64,000 nucleotides of DNA. It comes from Dimorphilus gyrociliatus. Its lineage: Eukaryota; Animalia; Annelida. The stretch covers positions 1,944,422-2,008,421 of the forward strand of contig CAJFCJ010000002.1 of assembly GCA_904063045.1 (NCBI GenBank). The letters run 5' to 3'. The notes under the pieces were generated by a model. That model did no database searches, was not told the origin of the DNA, and saw only the letters and a list, made by a program, of their open reading frames with translations. This document shows positions 10,798 to 24,400 of the stretch, in pieces (the stretch's first letter is position 1; the number at the start of each line of letters is the position of its first letter). A program made the position numbers and the translations under genes.

Positions 10798-13504
10798 TTA
10801 AAACGTATAGAGTATGTCATTGTCAATATTTGCACCCTTATTTTCATATGAGTACTGGTCAATTTCCATTTTATCATTCTTCAGATCATTTTCTTGTACA
10901 GTTTCTTCTAAATTATCTTCTTTTCTATACTTGTATCCCCAGGATAGAAAGATAAAGATAAGCATTGCAACAATCATTAAACCAGCATATAAAAAGAATT
11001 GGATTGCAAAATTCGAAAATTTTACACTCTTTGATAAAATAACAACTAATAAATTACCAAAAGCATTTGTCCAGAACCACGATGCTTGAATCATTGCCTT
11101 CATACTTATTGGCGCTTGAGAATAGGCAAATGTTAAACCAGAAATGGAAAATAGGCATTCTGCCATACTTAAAAAAAAATATTGTGGAATCATAAAGAAA
11201 ATTCTTATTGTATGAGGTTTAATATCATCCGTTATAACGCTATAAATAATACCGTCATCATCCTTTGATGAAGATTGTATAACAACTGTACTAACTACTC
11301 CTGACCGAAATAGAAATCTTTCATTTATAGTTTTGTTATCAACACGAATGTCGAATTTTCCATGTCCATATTCGGTATAAGGAGTTGATACTTCGTTCTC
11401 AAGTTTGAGTAAATGTTGCTGATCCGAACTACCTTCACCATTAAATTGCAATTCTATTTTTCTGCCTATTAAATTAATAAATCTTGCTTTAAATTTTCCA
11501 TCAAAAACTCTCTCCAAACTTGTTTGTTCCAATTGCAAAGATTTTAATCCATTATTATTACTATCAGCATATAATAACCACGTGTTTCTTTGCTTCTCTT
11601 TACCCGTAATATTTATTACATTTACGTTATTAATTCCACAATTAGAAGCGTTAATTTTAGTCAAATAAGAATTTTGTGATTTAATTTTCGTTTTTTCTGT
11701 TATCTCCTTCCAATCTAATTTATAGTTAATATTATTAAATTCAATTCCTAACGAACAATTGTGAAAAGCATTTTGAAATTGAACTTCGGACCATTGACTA
11801 TTTATTTCTTGGGTTTGAGTTTTCTATAGCAAAAAAAATCTACCGTTAATGTATAATATATTAAACGATTATTTAAAATGTTGAATACATTAATTTGTAT
11901 TTGTAAAATTCCTCCCAGAACAAATGAAAGTGCGGCAAGAAACATCCCAAAACTCATTCTTTCAATAGGCCTGAAAAAGAATTAGTTTACTAGTTGAATA
12001 TTTATGTAAATATTAATTATATAGCAATCTTTTAGGGTGTTTATTACTTTTGGAGTATTGCGAGTTTATTCAATACAGGATATAGTACAAGTTCGATGAA
12101 AGGTATCAAGATAACGACGAAAAAAGGATTTAATGCTCCCATCATATCTGGTTCAATCATAAAGTTTCCCTTAAAATAAATCAAAAATTAATTAAAAGAA
12201 ATGTCTTGATCTTAGATAAACACTAACTATATATCCATTCAATTGGGATGCTTGAAATACCCACGAAGAACCCTATTAATGAATGAGAGAGACAGAGAGA
12301 AAGAGAGATAATAATGAACAGGAAGGGAAATGTTTCTTATATAAAAGTTTGTTTAAATTTAAAATTTCATACGATTTGATCAAAAAGTGCCCAAAACAAA
12401 GGAAGTGGCAGGAACAGTAAGAGAACTTTAAAAATAACTTTGGCGTCGTTTATGAATGAAAACTGTTAATAAAGATAAAACAATCGTGTTTTAGATAGTT
12501 ATATAATACTCATTATGTCCTAATTACAGTGTATTTATGTGCAGCTCTATCTAGCCAATGATCATAATCTCCTTTGGTGGTTCTATCAAGTTTATGTTTA
12601 ATAGCAGTCTGTTGAAAGTGATTAAAACAAATAATGGTGTTATCGATTATCAAGAAGATTAAAGAATAAGTATTAACTTACATAGATGCATCCAATAAGT
12701 TTAGATATTAAATCACCCGTTGGTGGTAATTTTTTATAATACTTTGAGAAGGAAAAATATATCGTAATACCAACAAACAGCATAGCAGTAGCTACTCCAA
12801 AAGCTAAAGGGAAACAATTATCTCCATAACATTTCCTTGATCTCATTATAGGAGTTGCGATTGTTGATATAAACGAACCAATATTAGTAGCCATATAGAA
12901 AAACGAAAAGAAAAGCTCTCTTTTCGATAACTGATCAGTCGTGAATTGATCAGCTCCCAATGAAGGTATCAAAGCTTTCGAACCAGCAGAACCAGTTCCA
13001 ATTACAAATATAGCAAAAAATACCCCAATTCTTTGGGGAAAAGAGAGATTAGTTGAAAGACAATAAAATCAATATGTTTATAGACTAACTTTCCCATTGT
13101 TACTGGAGGGAATGATGTAACGCAGAGAATTGTAAATCCTAATGCGAAGATGACAGAAAATATAGATAAAGTTTTAAATTTTCCCAACTTGGCATCTGAA
13201 AGCATTCCTCCTGGCACGGGCGTAAAAAAAACGAAAAAGTTGAAAAAATGGTAAATAGCTTGAGAAGAACTATTATCAAATTTTATCCATCTTTGTAAGT
13301 ATAAAGTTAGGATAGCTTTTAAAGGAATATTTAACAAGTTAATATGTTATTAAAATAGTAATTTATTTAAAAATAATTACAGGATACTCCATAGAAAGAG
13401 TAACTATTACAGAATTCCAAAACAAGTAGAGGAAATACTTGTTTAGGGTATTTCTTCGGTTTTTCATTAGATTTTTCTTCTATCTCCATTGATTCAACTT
13501 TCAT
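10798..13504 (-). CDS. SLC15A: SLC15/POT (PEPT1/2-like) oligopeptide transporter, multi-exon
   Basis: Motifs AIYHFF, LGKFKT, LGADQF, FFSFFYMATNIGS, PLPLFWALFDQ, IPQYFFLSMAECLFSISGLTFAYSQAPISMKAMIQA, plus a large extracellular loop between TM9 and TM10. Start ATG at 13504. Confidence 0.9.
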
Positions 13505-14060
13505 CTATGCTTATCCGATAAAGAATATTTGAAAATGGCGATTGTTATCAATATATCAAAAAATATCTATTGTATAGAGGCCTACAAGCATTTTTGGAAC
13601 AGATTAAAAGTAGATGGCTGTGTAATTAGAGAAATTTGAACTTGTTACGTTTTCATTCTGAATTACCAAATTATAGTTAGAGAAAGATAACAGACAGTGC
13701 ATTAATACTTGATATGAAGTAAATCTTATCATCTGCTCTACTTTTGTCACAAAGTAGACCATTGAGCTAGTGTGTTATATCCTTGCATTAATGATTATAA
13801 TAATAATAATGAAAATTATGGACAGTTGCTCAAAGCAGCTGTGCATTTCATTTTGAACGTTACAGATTTTCAAGAGCAGGGCTATATTTGACGAAAATGA
13901 ATACTAATACGATAAGATAAGGATCTAACTTCTACTTTTTTGTTTATATAAATATATTATAGAAAGCTGTATACGATATTTTTAATAAACAAATTAGTAA
14001 ATATTTATAAGAGACTTTTAATACTGATAGCATATATCAATATCTATAATTTATATCAGA

Positions 14061-14084
14061 ATATATATATATATATATATATAT
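14061..14084. repeat. (AT)n microsatellite
   Basis: Uninterrupted AT run in the divergent SLC15/SLC16 intergenic region. Confidence 0.9.
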
Positions 14085-14440
14085 AGTATATATATTTCTC
14101 ACTTTAACATCAATTATTATATACATAATTAATGATTCACTCTTTTTTAAAGAGTATTATGAAGTGTTTGCCAGCTGTTCCATAAAATATTGTAATTGAT
14201 TATTAACAGGAAGTGACATATTTTAAAATCTACTCTTTCATTTTCATTTTTTTCGTTTAACTTATAAAACAACGGAAAGAAAAAAAGTTTAAGCTGAGAA
14301 TTTCGTTATGCTTAAAGATTATCTACTGAAGACGACGGCGTACCATGTTTTACTAATGAAATGTTTGCTGTTTTTTATTTTTAAACTATATAAAATAAAT
14401 TAATAAAACTATTATTAGTATTTAGGAGAAAATATATAAT

Positions 14441-16001
14441 ATGAGCAATAAATTGAAATTATTAAAGAAAAAATGGAAAGAAAAAGAGTTTAGAGGATAT
14501 TTCATTTGTTTTACAAGTATATTTCAAATTGCTATTGGATTTGGCATTATTGCTTCATTTAGTGAATTTATTCCTATATTAATTAAAAAGTTAACTAGGA
14601 ATGAAGCCCTCTTAGGTAATTTTAATTCGCATTTAAATTAGATAATATATGTTTTATGATGAAAGAAATCTTTTCAACTAAAGGCTTTATTGGGTCAACA
14701 GCACTCTGTTTTTCATTAATTGCTACTCCAATATCTTCGTTTTTGACTAGAAAGTATTCAGCAAGAAAATCTCTGCTTTGTGGTACAGTCTTCTCTTCCA
14801 TTTGCTTAGCATCTGCCGGTTCACTTGATAATATTTGGTGGGTATTTGTATGCTTCGGAATTTTATACGGCACTGGAGTTTGTTTAATAACAAGTCCACA
14901 ATTTTATATTTGCAATGACTATTTTCCGTTTGATCATAAATATCATGTCATGGCTACCAGTATCATAACATGTGGATTCTCTTTGGGAGTTCTTATCTTT
15001 AATCCATTAACATACCTACTTATATCAAAGATTGGATGGAATTTTACATTTACCGTTCAAGCTGGAATAGTAGGTTTGGGAGTTGGTTTTACAAGCTTAA
15101 CTTTTGCCGATATATCAGAATTCGAGGAGGAAAGTACCGAAGGTTATGATGAAATAGTATTAATAGCTGTACATCCAAATGAGAATAATACAATAAAAAT
15201 ATCAACTAGAATAATAATTGGAATAATATGGTTTTTAGCGATTACACTAAAAAGTGCAGCCTATTCCGCTCCATTTATTTTTCTTGTAAATTTATACTAA
15301 TTCCAATAATAGAATATTTTTTATGATCTACTCTTCTGTTTTCTCTAGGTTGAACATATGACAAGTATTGGAATTTCTCAAGCCATAGCTAGTCTTGGCA
15401 TGGTTATTATATATATTGGCGAATTTTTATCAAGATTGCTTACTGCCTTACTCGGAGACAAACTAAAAGGAAAGTTTTTGCTCTTATATACGATACTCAC
15501 ATCTCTCTTAAGCATCATAAGCTTTTTCGGATCGTATACCTACAATTATACAACAGTAATTTTATACGCGTCAGGTTCATATTTGATAAAAAGTGCCATT
15601 TTAATTATTAACTATAGGGCTATTTATCTTGTTAGCAATAGGATTATTTGATGGACCTATTTTTGCTGCTATGATGACTTCCTGTTACGAGCTATATAAT
15701 GGGGAACATTTAAAAGAAACATCTCACATAATGAAAATGGGAATGGGTATAGGATATTTGATTGGTCCTCCTTTGGCAGGTAAAGATTATAATAAAAAAG
15801 AGAGAGACATTTTCTCATGTTCTAATACAATCTTCATTCCTTCGCTTTTCCATCAATTCTTTCTAATACCTTAAAGGTTTACTTCATGAAACCCGCGGAT
15901 CATTCAAACCTGTTTTCTATGGAGCAGCCATCCTTTACTTAGTTGCTAGTATCCTTTACGGTATTTGTCTTTGTCTCAAGAGTTTTAAGAAAATTCGATA
16001 G
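14441..16001 (+). CDS. MFS transporter, monocarboxylate transporter (SLC16)-like
   Basis: About 12 hydrophobic segments over 5 exons. TPISSFLTRKYSARKSLLCG resembles the MCT loop 2-3 motif. LIGPPLAGLLHETRGSFKPVFY resembles the MCT TM11-12 motif. Stop TAG at 15999-16001. Confidence 0.75.
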
Positions 16002-16174
16002 ACAATGGAAAATACGATCATGTTAGATTATCGTCATTTATCCACCCTTTTCTGTTTTGTTATATATGTAAAGAAAATTTACAACTATCAAATAGACTAA
16101 TACGAAATTCTAGTTATAATCAACTACGTTTATTCATAATCTTTCTTCTTTCCTCATCAATGTGACAGAGATTG

Positions 16175-18172
16175 TTAAGGTCTAGCGTATCTTCCTTCGT
16201 CGAATAGTTTCTGCCATTCTTTCCCAATAGGATATTCATTGTCCAGAAGAGAAGCTTCTTTCATTCTAGTGCTATAACCTGGTTCCTTTGGAACTTGATA
16301 GCAGCCCTTTCTAACTACCGTTGGATTATAAAAGTGTTCATGAAGATGATCTACATATTCAATGACTCTATCATCCATAGTTTTTGATACACAAATATAA
16401 TCGAATATAGATAAATGCTGAACTAGCTCGCATAGGCCTACTCCACCGGCATGTGGGCAAACTGGAACTGTTAGAATGAATAAAATTTTTAGAATGTAAC
16501 AATATTTTCCGGAAAAGATATACCATTGAACTTTTTAGCCATCAGATAAACACTTATTATCTCATTAGGCCCGCCAAGTCTACAGCTATCAATTTGACAA
16601 TATTGTAAACCGCCAGCTTGAAGAAATTGCTTAAATATAATTCTATTTTGACAATGTTCTCCTGTGGCAACTTTTATTCCATACGGTTTCAAACCCTGTG
16701 AGATTTTAGCATGTCCTAAAACATCATCAGGGCTTGTAGGTTCCTCAATCCAAAGAATGTTGTGCTTAGCTAAAGGTATCATCCAATCAATTGCTTGTTG
16801 TACATCCCATCTCTGATTTGCATCGGTCATCTAATCATCAGTAATCAAATGTATAGCAAATAATTGTATATAATTAGTTATACACTGCTTTTACTATTAC
16901 CAATAAATTGTCAGGTCCAATTAATGATCTTACTAAACCAACTCTATGAAGATCGTCTTCATGATTTTTCCCAACTTTTACCTTAAATCTTGTAAATCCC
17001 TCTTCTAAAGCTTCTTTGCAAAGCTGAAATGATAATTTATTGATTGATTAAAGTCATCTAAGACAAAGAATTAAGTAACAACTAACTCTGGATATTTTTT
17101 CATCGCTATATCCTAGCCAACCAGCGGATGTTGTATAAGCGGGATAACCCGAACTAATAACTTTATCTATTCTTTCTTGTTTAGAAATTTGTCCTTGTCG
17201 TAGGATATCTAATTAATTGCATATTGTCATTTATAATTGACATCGTCAACTTGTAAAGAATTTCAGCAACGCCTACCTAAAGCCTCCTCCTTTGTTAAAG
17301 CATCGGTTCTATAAAAATCATTGAAATAGAGAGATTATGTTAATAACAAAATTATGAATATTAGGCAGTTGAGTACCTACATATAAGAAAAATCTATGGT
17401 TGAAACCAATTCCTCCGGAGTCTAAAAGTATTTATATTTACCTAAAATCTTTAATTGGTGATCTTAAGAAATGAATTAATATATTACCATATCAGCTAAC
17501 AGTTTCCATAGTGGCTAAATAATTTTCAACGAATATTAATTATTAAAATTGTCTATTAAAACTTTCAGAATTCTATTCAACTAACTTTTCCTTCGATTCT
17601 TGCCCATAAATCCCAAATAGCATTAGTTATAGCCGCAGTTGCAAGATGTATAACACCCTTCTCTGGACCAAGCTAATTTTTTTTAAATAATAGCAATAGT
17701 TCTCTATAAATTTCATTTTATACTATTAAAAACTATATTTACCCATCTCATCTGCGTATCGCAGGTTAGTTTCCTCCAGAATACGGCAAAATTAGAGAAA
17801 ATAGTACTTAGTTCGGTATCCACAACGTGATTACTGAGAGCGTCTACTGCTGCTTTTACTATTGGAATAACTTGTTTATTTATAATAGAAAAATTATATA
17901 CAGTGTTACATTAACAACCTATTTCATTTCCTCGACCAACGGTAAAAGTTAAACCGTAGCCATAGTATCTTTCATCTTTTGTGTCAGTTTGTAAAATAAC
18001 GTAAACACAAGAATAGTCTGGCTCGTGCTAAATGTTGTAGAGAGTTTATAATCTATTGTAAGAAAATTAATGTATTTATATGTACAATTGCATCTGATCC
18101 ATCTCCAGACAGGGATGTTGGAAATCTAATATCCAAAGATTTTAGAGATGTAATTCTTGTTGGTTTATCCAT
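16175..18172 (-). CDS. ENOSF1: Mitochondrial enolase superfamily member 1 (L-fuconate dehydratase, rTS)
   Basis: [93 protein letters not shown]. Catalytic and metal-binding residues are present. Many short introns. Confidence 0.95.
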
Positions 18173-18473
18173 CTGTTTTAAATGAAAGACGTCCTAGTGT
18201 GTAACACTTCCTCCCACTTAATTGTCTGCAATAGCAGACGACGTAACATTTTTTTAAAAACAATTAATTTTGAGCCTATTTGATAATGTTGTAGCAATGT
18301 ATCGTTAAGCATCAAGATAGTATAAAACAAAACTTAACATTTACGTTGTAGTGAGTGTTTATTGGCAATTCTTGGTCAGTTAATTTTTATTTGAATAATC
18401 ACTAAAAAAGACAAATGACAAAAGTAAAAAGAAAACTCAAACACCATTGGAATTATGAAAATATCCAATAGAT

Positions 18474-21400
18474 TTAATTCAGGTTTGTTGACATTATTCG
18501 CAAGAGATCATCTTGAGTCATACGACCTACTGCCCTCTCTTTTGGTTTTCCATCTTTAAATAAAACAAACAAAGGATAACCTTTAATCTCTTGTTTAGCA
18601 CAAGTTGCTTTATTCTTTCCGACACATTTAACAGCCGCAATTCTATTGTTCCACAACTTCCCAAAAGCTTCACAGTCGCGTGCACTAAATACACACACTT
18701 GACAAGCAGGTATATAGAATAATACAATCGAATTTGGATGATCATTCAACCATTGGGTATAATTTTGATGAGATAGATGGGCAACTTGTGTATCCTCATT
18801 TAAAGACCATTTAGCCAGAGAATAAATTGGAGGAGATGGCAGAGGATATTTAATAAATTCAATGATATCTTCAACGTGCGTACCTAATTTATAAACTTCC
18901 TTTTGTTCGCCAAATAAATAGTAAATAACTGTTTAATATATTAAGAGAAAAATTACTTATTATCCAAAATAAAGAATAATTGAAAATATACTCTGAGTCT
19001 CCGTAATAGATCGATTTTTCATAACTTCAGGAAACAAATCTGCATTCATTACAGCTAAAGTTCCGAAAATATTTTCTTTCAGGAGTATTTGATTAGCTTC
19101 AGCAATGCTATCTTTCATAATATCAAACTTTTTAGACCCTAAAATGATAGAATGTAATTAATTAATTAATTTAATTAATTATATAAATAAACTAGAATAA
19201 ATTAAAATATTACATGGAAAGTAATAAAAGATTAAAACAGATGTATAATTATGAATTGTTTCATTTAGTGTTTCATTTGAAAGATGAGTTATTGATTCAT
19301 ATCCAGGTGATTTAGCCCAAAGTGAGTTTATATCTTCTTCAGGTAAAGATGTAAGATCAAAAGGACTTAATGGACTTTTAAAGAGTAGGGAAAAAAATAG
19401 TAATTATAATTTAGAAAATATAAATATCAATAAAATTTAAATACTCCAAGAGAAATCCATATATATCTTCATTGGCGAAGTTATTATTGTTTTCTGCTAC
19501 CTTCTTTCCATTTCTATTTAATTAAATACTTAATTAGTTAATATTTAAACATTAATTTAACTAAAAATTAGTTTGAAATTTACTCAATAAAAATTATAGT
19601 TGGGAATTTTCTTAATCTAAACTTCATTGGTAATCTCTTTTCGGTTGATACATCAACGGCGGTAAATTTATAATTGAACTCTTTCTATTAAATAACAACA
19701 TTTTTAATGGAATAACATACTTTTCCAATATACTTTAAATCATAGTATTAACCCTATACGATGCAATCATCTTGGCAACTTTTATAAAATTTGGTCGAAG
19801 AGCTTTAAAAGTCATTGTGCTCGGATCGTAAAATATAGCAATCACTTCGTCGTTTTTTTCAAAAATTTCCTTAGCGTTTTGCGAGGTTAAACTCTGAACT
19901 AATTTCGTTGGATCGTGACGTGACCAATACATATCGTGGTTATCTACAATTTCTGTAGGTTCATTTGCTTCAGGACTATTGAGAAAAGTATTATGAAATT
20001 TTTACTTATACTGTATTATTCTATATTAGCAACTTACTCTTTTAAAAAATTTAGCAGATCGAATGAAGTGTACAGCCTTATATCTCTAGTTCTCTTACCA
20101 TTTCTAATTGTTTAAAATAGGATAATTATAATTTATTTTATATACGAAATAACGATTTACTGACTCATAAAGGAATATTGAATTGCCCTCTTCATCGGCA
20201 CCTTCTTCCTTTCGTAAAACTTTTTGTGCTTGAATATCAACAGTTGCTAATTTAATTTTAAAGTCCATCCCTTTTGAAACCTTTGCTGTTTCAGCAAATT
20301 CTTCCATCATTATATCGCAAAATTCCTCCGTACAATCTAGATTTAAAAGGAACAACGAGACAAATTATTCATTTGGAACTTCAATTGAACATTGCCAATA
20401 TTTACTTGAATCGAAAAATAAGACAAGAGTTCTTTCATTCTTTGCTACAAAATCTTTAAAAGTAAATTGAATGAGATGATTGAGATGTTCACTTCCAGCA
20501 ATATTAATCCACTTCATTGCAGGATCAAAATCAGATTTCGGTATAAGTTTATCCGGATTGGACATAAATTCAATAATTTGACCATGGTTTTTTGTTAAAC
20601 GATATTCAAATTTCCTATCCATATTTCGGCTTAAATAGTAATCTACAAAATAGTATTGTTATGCAAATTAGTTTATCTAGGATTATTTTTTTCTATACTA
20701 ACATGTTGGTGCTTTTGAAACTTTAAATATATCTGCAATATCTGGATAAAAATCAATATTTAAAGAAAGAAGTTTAACTCGATGACCAGTTTTAGCTAAT
20801 ATTTCAGCTGCTTTTGCGAATTCTTTCTTTCTAAAATCGCATTCAGCGCACCCTTTATGAATTGAAATTAACAGATTTTTAGAATATTAATATTAATCCT
20901 AGAAATGGAATATTTACATGCAGACGTGAAAAATAAGAGAAGATGATTATTCGTTTGGGATTCTTGGTTAATTTCTAAATAAGAAGTGATTTTTTTAACA
21001 TGTTCCGATCCAGTTATATTTTCCCACCCTCCCTCTGGATTAAGAGCTTTGCTGGGATCCTTTAAAAATGAATAGAGACTCTCTTCATCATTATAACCCC
21101 TGTATTGCTTTCCGTTTTCATATTCAAAAAATATAAATGTGGGATATCCTTTAACTTTATATTGTTGACAAATTTCCTTTTCTATAATACAATTGACAGC
21201 ACCAAAAAAGTACTGCTTATTTTCTGAAAAATTTCCAGAAAGTTTCTCAAAAACAGGTTTCATCTTTTTACAATGACCACACCAGGGGGCGTAAAAGATA
21301 ATAAAACTTGATTTAAACTTTTTTAGAGTTTCACTGTTAGGATTAAAGATAGGTTTATAATGCATAAATTATCGTAGTTGACATCTTTTACGTGAAATTG

Positions 21401-24400
21401 GCGGAATTCAAATGAGAAATAGTGCTATTTTCACTAATTTCCCAACTATCCGGTATGTCTGATTTCCATTTTGTTGGATCTTTAAGAAATTGTAATAAAT
21501 CATCTGTTTTTCTTCCTCCGGTATAAGACTTCGAAAAGGAGCCATTTTCGTAATATAAAACTAATAATGAGTGAAATGGTTTACATCTTTAAATAGCTTT
21601 CCTTTGGTAACTTACTGGTTGGATAACCCCTAACACTAGCTTTTTGAGCTAGGGAAGGATGAACTGTAGCATCTACAGCTCCAAGTACTCCTGTATAATT
21701 TTTCTCTTTAGCCATCTTAGCAGCTGCCGCAAAATCAGGTTTCATAGCTTTGCAATGACCGCACCAGGGTGCATAGTACATAATCAAAGCACTTGGATAA
21801 GTCTGAATAAAAGCTTCAAAATTATCAACTGTTATGTGGTATACAGAATCGGATCCATCAAGTCCCTTCCAATCTTCTGCAGCTGGAGCTTTCTTAAACT
21901 CTTCCTTTTTAGGAGGAACTACCTTTGGTATCTTCATCTTAACAGGACTATGAAAAAAATTATATTTTTTTGTTCAAACAAAACTTGAGTTCTTTTATTC
22001 GATATTGTTCAATTCGTATATAATTTTGCAGTATGAAAAAAGGTAGACAATCGAAATATTTATATATTAGTTCAAGAAAAGATGAAGAATATTAAATAAG
22101 CTCAAATTTTCCAACTATATAACGTCTATTAGCACAAGTAAGCAATCTAACGGTGGACAAAATTCTGTATTTATTTTGTGCAATGCCAACCGGGAGATCA
22201 ATTAGGTATCTTTCTATAAATATATATAATTATTGCATATTTATATATATTTACTTTTACATATTTAACCTAACTATATACGGAATAATATCGTCTTTGG
22301 CACCGTAAACCAACTAGTCCACCACCCTGTTAAAAATTGTTCGGTATATTATAGCAATTTTTTTTATATTTTATAAAGTATATTCGATTCCATTCCATTC
22401 TTCATAAACGTTGAGCTAACTTTTTAAAGTTCGTTGTGTTTCTGGTGGATTTGGCTAAAAGTAAAAAGAAAAAGAGATAGTAAATCAAAGCACACCACTC
22501 TCAGAAATCAACTGTTAATCTTTAATTGAAAAGAGATAGAGTTTAATATAAATATCGAAAAGTTTTAATAAATCACTTCACATTGTGCTTTTTATACTAA
22601 AAGTATAAAGATTAATACTTACTTTTTCATAAAGTCCACCAAATCGGATGCTGTTCTGGAGCGATCGTATTCCATATTTTTGGCCCCATTTTTAAAGTGT
22701 ATTACTACAAAATCATATTAATTTGCTTTAGATAAAGTTATTCTTTCGATGTCTTCAGATAGTATTGAAAAATAAACTTACGCGTAGGATATCCTTTAAC
22801 TTCAAATTTCTTAGCGATTGAGTTGTGAATAGTTGCATCTACAGCAGCTATGTGACCTTCGATTTTCTCATCAACTAAAATTTTTGCGGCTTCAGCATAA
22901 GCCGGCTTCATATTCTTGCAATGGCCGCACCATGGTGCATAAAACATAACGAGAACACTTGAATGACTCTTAACAAAACTGTCAAATGATTCATCTGACA
23001 AATGATTTACATTACTAGCATGTGGAATTTCAGTCCAAGCATCTTCTGCCGATTCGGTTGGTGGAGGAGCTTGTACATTGGCTGCGCTATCGGGGTCACG
23101 GATAAACTTTAAGAAGTCAGCCTTTTCCCGTCCGCCAGCATATTTCGTTCCGGCTTTACCGTAATTGAAATATTTAAAAGTAGGATAGCCGTTTACATCG
23201 CTGCATAAGCTCTGATGCTTAATACAATTCACAGCTGCTAAACTCAATTTGGGATTATCTTGGATTTCCTCTGCAGCAGATGTGAATTCCGGTTTAGCCT
23301 TTTTGCAGTGTCCACACCAAGGGGCGTAAAACATTACTAAAGTGTGCTTCTTCTTTTTAATGAAACCTCTATAAGAGAGCAACTTGCTTAGAAAAGCAGA
23401 ATTTATTTAATATTTTATTTAACTTACTTGAAGTTATCGCTAGTCAAATGTTCAACAGCAGATTCAGATTCATCCCATTCAGGTTCTGGTGGGGGTGGAG
23501 GTTTAGGATCCTGGATAAATTCGATAATCTTTTCTTTCGTTCTTCCGTTAAATTCAAAATCTGCCAATTTACCATTTTCAAAATATTTGATAGTTGGGAA
23601 TCCCTTAACTTCAAATTTCTTGGAAACTTTTTCGTGCTTTGTAGCATCTACAGCAGCTAAAGAGCCCTCAATTTTCTCTTCCTTCATTTGAATTGCTGCA
23701 GCTTCATAATCAGGTTTCATGGCTTTGCAATGACCACACCATGGAGCGTAGAACATGACTATAACTTTAGAATTTTTAGCTATATGATCATCGAATGTTT
23801 CATCAGTCAAATGTTCAACTTCATTCTCTTCTTCAGCCCATTCCTTTTCCTTTTCTTTTGGTTTTGGAGGTTGAGGATCGTCCAACCAGCTGATAATCCC
23901 TTCTTTTGTATTCTCACCACCAAATGTCATATGTTTCTTTCCTCCTTTAGTAAAGTACAAAATAGTTGGAAATCCAGTTATATTATATACTTCTTTTACA
24001 TCTGAATTTTCTGGTTTATTAACGTCCATTGCGGCAATTACATATTTATTTTTAACTTCAGTAGCTGCTGCAGCATAGTCTGGTTTAATTTTTTTACAGA
24101 ATCCACACCATGGAGCGTAGAACATAAGAAGCGTGGGCCTTGGATCTTTTCTGAAAAGTTTGTTCATTGCGGCTTTGTTGTCCAGATGAACAACATCTGT
24201 TGCAGTAGGATCTTCGTCCCATGGAATATCACCGGTAGGATCATTTAAGAAAGCTGTCATGGAGCGTACCGTCATTTGTCTGTCATAGATTTTAGTAAAT
24301 TCTCCATCCTTATAATGGCGATACTCGTGATCAACTGGAGAAATTTTCATCTTTTTGCACAGCTTTTTAGAATCGCTAATGAAAATAGAATAATAATAGA

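Noticed and set aside
13381-13387. GTATCCT after SLC15 exon 1, resembling a U12 (minor spliceosome) donor
   Set aside because: No in-phase acceptor exists for that donor. The downstream GTAATT donor with the tttaaaag acceptor gives an in-frame YGVSSILTLYL, so it is a normal U2 intron.
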